Below are positions 57,274 to 64,000 of a stretch of 64,000 nt of DNA, one piece after another. Each line of letters opens with the position of its first letter. Position 1 is the stretch's first letter. The DNA comes from Nitrospirales bacterium. Lineage in GTDB: Bacteria; Nitrospirota; Nitrospiria; Nitrospirales; UBA8639. The notes beneath the pieces are model-generated. The model did no database searches and was not told the DNA's origin. It saw only the letters and a program-made list of their open reading frames with translations. The position numbers and the translations under genes were made by a program. The DNA lies in contig OY820905.2 of NCBI GenBank assembly GCA_963555755.3, forward strand, positions 4,224,001-4,288,000, given 5' to 3'.

Positions 57274-57981
57274 TTAAATTTCGTGTTCTTTGGAATAGAG
57301 TTCCGGGTAGGCATGTCGCACGGTGTCTTTGAGATTTGGACCTTGATGCGTCATGTGTACAAATCCTACTCCAGGGTCCAAGCCCACGAGTTCAAGTATC
57401 AGGACTCCTCCTTCAGTGGTTTCCCAAATTGATTCCCAATGGCCGCATGTTTGGTCTTGCAGACATTGGTAAAAGTTCCCATGAAATCCTTGGAGTTTCA
57501 CTGAAGGTTCCTCACGTGTTTCCTGTGGGGTGCCATAGTGTTTTGATATTGTGGCTTTCAGTTGATCGAATACCTGCAGACCTTTTGTTCCGGTTTCATC
57601 TCGTTCGATGGGCTTGCTGGCCCAATGTGTTTTGACCAGTCCCAAATCCTCGTCAAAAATCAGAATCAAGAAGCCAGCTCCGGCCAAAGTTTGAGTCTGG
57701 GCTCCTAATCTTACCGCAGTGGCGCGATGCCACATGGGCCATTCTGCTTCGATGTCAAAGTCCATGTGACGAAAGTCTGAAAGCGATAAGCCCCATTTCA
57801 GTCCCAGTGAGCCGGGCAGGGTGGCTTGGACCGTCGTGGCGGACAGGACAAGAACGCAGAAAACGAACCAGAACCATCCACTAAATCTCCGAGATGGCGC
57901 GATAGCCATGCCTTTGGTTAAGGTGTCGGCCTCCACATGGTGGGGGTACTGGGGTGTTGAGAGGGCTGGCACGAAGCTCAC
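57274..57981 (-). CDS. Exported hypothetical protein
   Basis: Hydrophobic N-terminal segment, GLKWG motif; RBS GGAGG upstream. Confidence 0.65.
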   Translation of the reverse strand: MSFVPALSTPQYPHHVEADTLTKGMAIAPSRRFSGWFWFVFCVLVLSATTVQATLPGSLGLKWGLSLSDFRHMDFDIEAEWPMWHRATAVRLGAQTQTLAGAGFLILIFDEDLGLVKTHWASKPIERDETGTKGLQVFDQLKATISKHYGTPQETREEPSVKLQGFHGNFYQCLQDQTCGHWESIWETTEGGVLILELVGLDPGVGFVHMTHQGPNLKDTVRHAYPELYSKEHEI

Positions 57982-58224
57982 GCAAATCCTCCATGATGTG
58001 AAGCTGTGAAAATGGGCGTGCTTGAGTGTCTTGTCAGACTACTTGCAGAGAGAGGGATTGGCGAATACGTCAATTGCCGTATGGATTTCACCAACAGAAT
58101 TCTGCGATAGGAATAGAGAACAATGAAGACCAGCAGGTATGAGCGGGGGCCTTTGCCGTATTCGGAATGAAGAGATCTGTTCCGAGTGAACGAAAGGGGT
58201 TGTTTCGGTTCTCACATCTGAATT

Positions 58225-58860
58225 ATGGCAAAACTGTTATACATCGATGCGTCAGTTGGTAAAGAACGCTCCGCACCCATGCTGGAAGTGGGTAAGGTAT
58301 TTTTAGATGCGTATCAAGAAACCCATCCGAATGATCAACTTGAACCGTTCAATGTGTGGGATGCAAATCTCGAAGCATTGGATGAGGTCACGATGGATGC
58401 GAGTTATGCGATCATTCATCACAGGAATCATACGGCGGCCCAGGCTGCCGCGTGGGAAAAAATTGTGAGGATCGTGAACCAGTTTAAGGCTGCGGATAAA
58501 TATGTATTCATGGTGCCCATGTGGCATTTAGGGATTCCTTACCGCCTCAAACATTATCTTGATCTGTTGATCCATCCCGGCCAAACTTTTCAATACGTGG
58601 TGGGTGAAAAAGCTCAAGGTCTTCTTCCAGGGAAGCCAGCCGTGGTGGTGTATTCACGGTTTGATGGATATCGAGATGGGTCGGGGTTTGAAAACTACGA
58701 ATCGCAAAAAGGGTTTATGGAGAAGGCCTTGAGGGTGATTGGTTTTACTCGCATCCATTCCCTCGTGGTAGTTGAGCCGATGCCTGGTTCCCAACAGTGT
58801 TCTGATCCGGAGAATGCCCGGGCTAAAGATCTAGCCATTCGGATGGCCACACGGTTTTAA
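58225..58860 (+). CDS. FMN-dependent NADH-azoreductase family protein (AzoR-like)
   Basis: LLYIDAS, ADKYV..VPMW...IP..LK.Y.D, G.TF.Y. Confidence 0.85.
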   Translation: MAKLLYIDASVGKERSAPMLEVGKVFLDAYQETHPNDQLEPFNVWDANLEALDEVTMDASYAIIHHRNHTAAQAAAWEKIVRIVNQFKAADKYVFMVPMWHLGIPYRLKHYLDLLIHPGQTFQYVVGEKAQGLLPGKPAVVVYSRFDGYRDGSGFENYESQKGFMEKALRVIGFTRIHSLVVVEPMPGSQQCSDPENARAKDLAIRMATRF

Positions 58861-59236
58861 TTGTCTTCTGCATTCCCTCCTTTTCTCCTTTTTCCTCATT
58901 CTTCCAAATGATAGCTCCTCGAACGTTGTGGTAGGTCTGTCCTGTTCCATCCCTTGGGTTCGGCTCTCAACGCGGATCATGAATGAAAGAATCGCTTTCT
59001 TACATGATTTCTGCTATCTCTCCCTTTTGGTTGCTTGCAGACGCTCTGTTGCCCACCTCCGCTTCGTCATTCTTACATGGATGAGTTTGAACCATTTGCC
59101 ACAACGAGGGTGCGAAAGCATGCTTTGCACTCGTTGGGGTAGAGCCTTCAGTTAAGTACTGTGAAAAAGTCTGGGTGCCTGAAACACACTGTGGGATGGT
59201 ATGTTGGTTTTGCTGATTTCTGTATAAGGGGGAGAC

Positions 59237-60010
59237 ATGTTCCTGTTTAAAAAAATCGTTTCTCGGGTGTTTTTTCCTGTTCCGTTGAGCCTTGAACTGA
59301 TGTGGGTCGGGTTACTTCTCATGTGGATGCGACCACAGCGCCAAGTCGGAAAGTGGATGCTGGTCAGTGGAGTGTTGATCCTCACCCTGTTGAGCTTTCA
59401 TCCCATTTCCGGTGCTCTGCTCACACCCCTGGAGTCTCACTATCCCCCTCTGTTGATTGGCTCGCAAGTGGAAGGCCAAGCTTTTGCTCAATCTCAATAC
59501 GTGAAATGGATTGTGGTACTATCCGGAGGAGCAATCGAAGAGCCTCACTTTCCTCTCGTGAGTCAACTTTCGAGTGCCACATTGCTTCGTGTGATCGAAG
59601 GGGTGGCTTTGTATCGATACATTCCTGGTGTCAAATTATTGGTTTCTGGGTCTCAGCTTGAAGCTGGTTTAATGTATCAATTTGCACGAAGGTTTGGGGT
59701 GCCAGAGAAAGATTTAGTCACCGAGTCAAATTCTCGTGATACGAAAGATCAGGCGCGATTTATTGCCGACATCGTGACTCAGGATGCACTGGTGCTCGTC
59801 ACGGAAGCGTCGCATATGCCACGTTCCATGGCACTGTTTCACAAATGGGGGCTTTCTCCTATTGCCGCTCCGGTTGGCCATCGGGTGAACCCAAACCCTC
59901 AATATCGGTGGTGGAGGCTGTTTCCCAGTGCGGGGTCCTTGAACATGGCTCAGCGTGCGTTTTACGAATATTTCGGATTGGCCTGGGCCGCGTTGCGGGG
60001 ACAAATTTAA
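59237..60010 (+). CDS. ElyC/YdcF (DUF218) family envelope protein
   Basis: IVVLSGG, R..EG..L, SRDT, LVT.ASHMPRS, YEY.G. Confidence 0.88.
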   Translation: MFLFKKIVSRVFFPVPLSLELMWVGLLLMWMRPQRQVGKWMLVSGVLILTLLSFHPISGALLTPLESHYPPLLIGSQVEGQAFAQSQYVKWIVVLSGGAIEEPHFPLVSQLSSATLLRVIEGVALYRYIPGVKLLVSGSQLEAGLMYQFARRFGVPEKDLVTESNSRDTKDQARFIADIVTQDALVLVTEASHMPRSMALFHKWGLSPIAAPVGHRVNPNPQYRWWRLFPSAGSLNMAQRAFYEYFGLAWAALRGQI

Positions 60011-60165
60011 GGGGGCTTCAGAGGGGGAAGATTGTGATGCTCTCTGTCAGTCGGGCGGTCGCGTGCGAGTGGCCGAATGGATCTGGATGCGCTCTGTTGA
60101 GGCGGCCAATGGTCGTAGCCAATCTCTGGCTTGAGAACGTTGAGGGGTTGTTGTCAAACATCCAT

Positions 60166-60353
60166 CTTAGGACCTGCGAGAAAATAACTTGATCAATCTC
60201 GCATCCAATCTTCGGGCCATCTTTGAACGGGCCTCAATCGAAACACCCTCACCATAGCTGTGCTATGCCTCGAGTGTTTCTCAATCGTTCCGTCCAAATC
60301 CGACCCAAATCTTGGCGCGATATTGATCAAGTTATTTTCTCGCAGGTCCTAAG
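60166..60353. mobile_element. MITE-like element with 32-bp perfect terminal inverted repeats
   Basis: CTTAGGACCTGCGAGAAAATAACTTGATCAAT (60166-60197) and its exact reverse complement (60322-60353). Confidence 0.8.
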
Positions 60354-60366
60354 CGTGGAATATTGA

Positions 60367-60507
60367 GGGCACCTCTACAAACCAGGCATTTTTTGTGAGG
60401 GCAAGGAAGCCGCGCGCGGAAAACCGGAGTGTATGGGCGAATACATGAGGATGTGAGCACGCGGCTGACGCCGCCATCACGGAAAAGGACGGTTTTTAGA
60501 GGTGCCC
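60367..60507. mobile_element. 141-bp MITE, copy 2
   Basis: Same sequence as 12711-12851; TTGA duplication. Confidence 0.9.
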
Positions 60508-60628
60508 TTGAATGTTCCTGGCGATGTAAGGTCGGGATGGAGTGCCAAAGGACACATCGCCCCATCGTCAGATAATCCTGTTGTGGGACGGGGCATTCTG
60601 TGGCGTTGCGACGTGGTGTGAGCCTTAA

Positions 60629-61123
60629 CTAACGTTGGGCCAAGTGTGTGGCTTCCCAATTCTTTTCCTCCGTTTGCTTGCCGTGCTGCTCAAACTTTTT
60701 GGATTCGGTTCCATTGGAAACTGTAGTGGTCTCTTGTCCTGTAAGGTCAAACTGCTCAAGGTTGGTTAATCCCATATCACACAAGCCTTGAAAACAGACC
60801 CCTTCTTCCATCGAGAAATTGGGTGTGCGAATATTGCCGATCACCACGGCAGGGTTGAAGAGTTGGACCCTGTGGTGCGCGGTAATATTGCCTTGAACCT
60901 TTCCGCCACTCACCACGACATTTCCGGAAATATTTCCTTTGATGATGGCATGTTCTCCAATGATGATGGTGTCATCGGTGTGCATTTCTCCTTCGAATCG
61001 TCCATCGACTCGAACGGTTCCCTCAAATTGGGCCGTGCCTTTAAAGTCCACGCCTTTCCCAAGAAAGGTGTAGTGTTGCTCATCAAAAATCGTTTCGCGT
61101 TTCTTCGGTTTTTCACCCCACAT
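60629..61123 (-). CDS. Bactofilin (polymer-forming cytoskeletal protein)
   Basis: TFLGKG..FKG...F.G.VRVDG.FEG; G.V.GNI; EEG..F.G.C.M. Confidence 0.9.
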   Translation of the reverse strand: MWGEKPKKRETIFDEQHYTFLGKGVDFKGTAQFEGTVRVDGRFEGEMHTDDTIIIGEHAIIKGNISGNVVVSGGKVQGNITAHHRVQLFNPAVVIGNIRTPNFSMEEGVCFQGLCDMGLTNLEQFDLTGQETTTVSNGTESKKFEQHGKQTEEKNWEATHLAQR

Positions 61124-61284
61124 GAAGTGCTCCTTCTTGTTGTGTTGCGAAGTCTAGTACTGATTGACAATGGGTTTCCGTGACTTGTGAGTCCCATGGT
61201 CATGCCCGGCGGTTCGCTTTTTCATCGGACTGATTTATGCCGGTGCCAACGTGTCACTGACGGTCGTAGAGGCCAATGGATCCC

Positions 61285-61737
61285 CTAATTCAGCGATTGG
61301 GGCTTTGAAGCAGGCATTTCAATGGTTCCGTTAAACGTGACCCCTTCTTCCATGAAAAGGGACGGTGTGAGGATTGAGCCGTCGAGGACCGCTGGTGCCA
61401 GTAATTGGACTTTGTCTTGTGTGGTAATGTCACCTGTAATGTGTCCTTTGCAAATGACGGCTTGGGCCGTAATTTTTCCCGTGAGGACGGCTTGCTCTCC
61501 CAAATAGAGTGTCCCATTGGCATGAACTTCTCCGTCCAGCAGTCCATCAATGCGAACGTTGCCCTGGTATGTGATGATGCCTTTAAACTCGACCCCGTGT
61601 CCGATAAAGGCTGCGACATTGGTTTGGTCCATCCCTATTCCTCCCTGGTTACTGTGGTGGGAACCGTGCTCTGGGTTTATTGAAGATTTGACAGTTGCTG
61701 TTGATGCTTCTTCGAATTCAAGGCCGGTATTCATCAT
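61285..61737 (-). CDS. Bactofilin (polymer-forming cytoskeletal protein)
   Basis: FIGHGVEFKG...VRIDG.LDG; EEGVTFNG.IEM. Confidence 0.9.
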   Translation of the reverse strand: MMNTGLEFEEASTATVKSSINPEHGSHHSNQGGIGMDQTNVAAFIGHGVEFKGIITYQGNVRIDGLLDGEVHANGTLYLGEQAVLTGKITAQAVICKGHITGDITTQDKVQLLAPAVLDGSILTPSLFMEEGVTFNGTIEMPASKPQSLN

Positions 61738-64000
61738 AGGGTTCTTTCTCCACTTCCCAGGTACAAGTTTTTCTCTCCTGTTCCATCAATCCTGGTACTG
61801 ATCTGGTGTCGTTCTCTCCTGTCCCTCACGTTTTTCGGTTGTTTCTGGAGATAACTTAATCATTTTTTGGATTGCACGATTTTTTGGTCCAGAATGGTGA
61901 TGTTTCTCGATCAAACCTTTCGTTGAGGAGAGGGCTTTTCCACGGTAAGGCCCTCATTCAACCTAGAAACGGCGGTTTCAAGGTTCAATCAATGAGTCAT
62001 AAAACACATGATTGGCCATCGAAAGTGTCAGGATTTTTTCTCCTGTGGGATACGTGAATATCCTTTACCCGTAGGTGGATTCCTATACATTTTTTGGATT
62101 TCCGCATATTTCTCTCAACAGGGTGTCGGAAAATTTTCCAATTGTTTGCGAGGGGATCTGGTTTCTCCTTGGGCATGAGATCCGTGGAGAGATGGAAATT
62201 TTTTAGAATTTTCATGGGGTCAGAAAAGGTGTACGCCCAATGACGTATGTGAAACAAGCTTGGCATTGAATTTGTAGAGTGCCAGGGTAGGATAGGATGT
62301 GATTTCGAAGCGAGGCCGTGTCGTGGAAGTGAGGGACAGAGAGCGGTCTGATTACACCCAAGGAGGTGCCCCATGAACTTTTCTCACCGAATGCTTGCTC
62401 ATCTCTCCATAGGGGTGATGATAGTAGGAAGGGTAAGTGTGGTGGCCGCCGCGCCCATTCCCGAGGGAAATTCACTCATGTATTCATATATTCATATGAG
62501 AAGGGATTCGACACCATCAAACAGGGTCGTAACATTCGTTCGAAGGATTCTTTGGGTCAAGGATGTTGGAATCGTCCATCTCAAGGTGCGGATGGCTATT
62601 CCTTCGTACTCAATGAGCCCAAAGAGGCTGATTGTTTCTCTATGGTAGGTGGTAAAACGACTTGGATGTATGCACCAGGCTGCACCAGTTTTGGGTTTTC
62701 TGGGAATCGAATACCCAACGGGCCTTTGTTCCGTTGATGATCAGTTGGTGACAAATGTAGGGAACATGATTGTCCGTTCTTCTCACCCGGTTCTCGGACG
62801 GGTTGATGTGCCGGCTCAGATTTCCGGAACCCAGAAGCCCCTTTCCTCCGTGGTTTCGGTCAATCAACAGGAAGCCACTTTTTTGAATACATTCAGCTCG
62901 CCAATTCGAATGAATCACCCTCTTATGCCCCAAGACGTTCGATTTGATCGAATGAGTCATGAGTTGTTTGATACTGATGATGCCGATGGGGTCAGCCTGG
63001 TCCAGGACTTTGACCATCAGCTAGTCATGTCGGGAAAATTGGCCCATCTGATTCCAAAGACGGCAAAAGGCCCAAGGGACTTTGAGTTGGGAGATTTAGT
63101 CTTTTTGCTACTTTTTGCGATTGTGCCAGAGAAAAAACAGATTAAGGGCTTACTGCACGGGATCCGTCACTTTCGGATGTTCTAAGGTGATGAGTGTAGA
63201 TTGTTCTGCCATGAGTGGCGTTCAAAGGCATCTAGGCTATGGGCTTCGCCAAGAGTGTTCGGATACCCGGTATGGTGAGATGTCGCAGTATAAGTTTAAG
63301 AGGAACTATTTCCTTCTCACACCGTTATGGAGTGCCGCATAATTTTTGGCCTTGTAAAATTTTCCTGACCGACGTGTTGTCCGTGGCACTCCTACCCTCC
63401 CTGGAGATCACACGTTTCCCTCACTTCCACGTTACGCGTTTTTCCCTGATTTGAACAGAGTGGAATCGTCACTTCCCCTCGTGACTCGCCTGCCACTGGA
63501 TATCGCATAAATGAACTGAGTGGGCGGAGAGGTTGGACTCAGAGTCTTTTCTGTATCGTGTCAAAAGTTTGTGAGAGCTGCCCCAGACTAGTTGTGACAA
63601 CGATTTCACCTCCAAGCAGGGGAAACTGTGATTCTCAGGGAGGAGGGGGATGGCTTCTCATTTCATGATTTTCGTGCAAGGTGGCTGTATATGGAGGGTA
63701 AGAAAACCGTGATGCGTCGGATATCGCTGGGACGCTCTGGTCGTCAGATCCTTTTGTCGGGCGTAGGGGCTCCTCAAACCCAGGCCGGTTAAGTTCGCTG
63801 GGAGCATGACCGAATAGAGTCAGATGTCAATGTACAGGTTGTCTGATTTTCAAAAATGGACAAGACAGCGATTCCCTGCGTTGAAAAGCGAAATAGCATT
63901 ACTAATTCGAAAAATTCACCATAAACTGTTAAGTCCGTTCGACGATTTGCCGAATTAAATGCCAAGAAACGGTTCTTGTCCCAATTGCATGACCAGTCCA

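Noticed and set aside
1..64000. rRNA, tRNA or known riboswitch
   Set aside because: No recognisable conserved sequences by eye; a tRNAscan/Rfam scan is needed to exclude small ones

Overview
Bacterial chromosomal window. The aclBA-acnA-frd/sdh-like-sucCD reductive-TCA cluster and the intergenic repeat families point to Nitrospirota (inference). From left to right: pal; an iron-acquisition region (Fur boxes, a Com-like Zn-ribbon gene, a porin, a lipoprotein, an FMN-binding protein, a membrane protein, divergent apbE, a His-rich Spy/CpxP protein, fur and an Fe3+ ABC transporter); a stack of palindromic repeats and MITEs; comEA and minor pilin genes broken up by IS elements; the rTCA cluster with a hicBA insertion; an approx. 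11 kb array of short co-oriented genes separated by decayed attC-like sites with no integrase in the window; then housekeeping genes (slyD, deaD, recQ, aminopeptidase P, azoreductase, bactofilins). Top candidates for new biology: (1) a phage-Mu Com-like protein encoded directly upstream of two tandem GAGNNCC-containing RNA hairpins, one of which can pair into a long stem enclosing the porin RBS and start codon, i.e. a putative chromosomal com/mom-style translational switch in an apparently Fur-regulated operon; (2) two unrelated IS families (IS66-like, 2 copies; ISAs1-like, with an A-AAA-AAG -1 frameshift) both carrying a DUF4338/DruA domain with Mom-like motifs. No rRNA, tRNA or CRISPR array was recognised. 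All family assignments are by motif recognition; no database searches were run.
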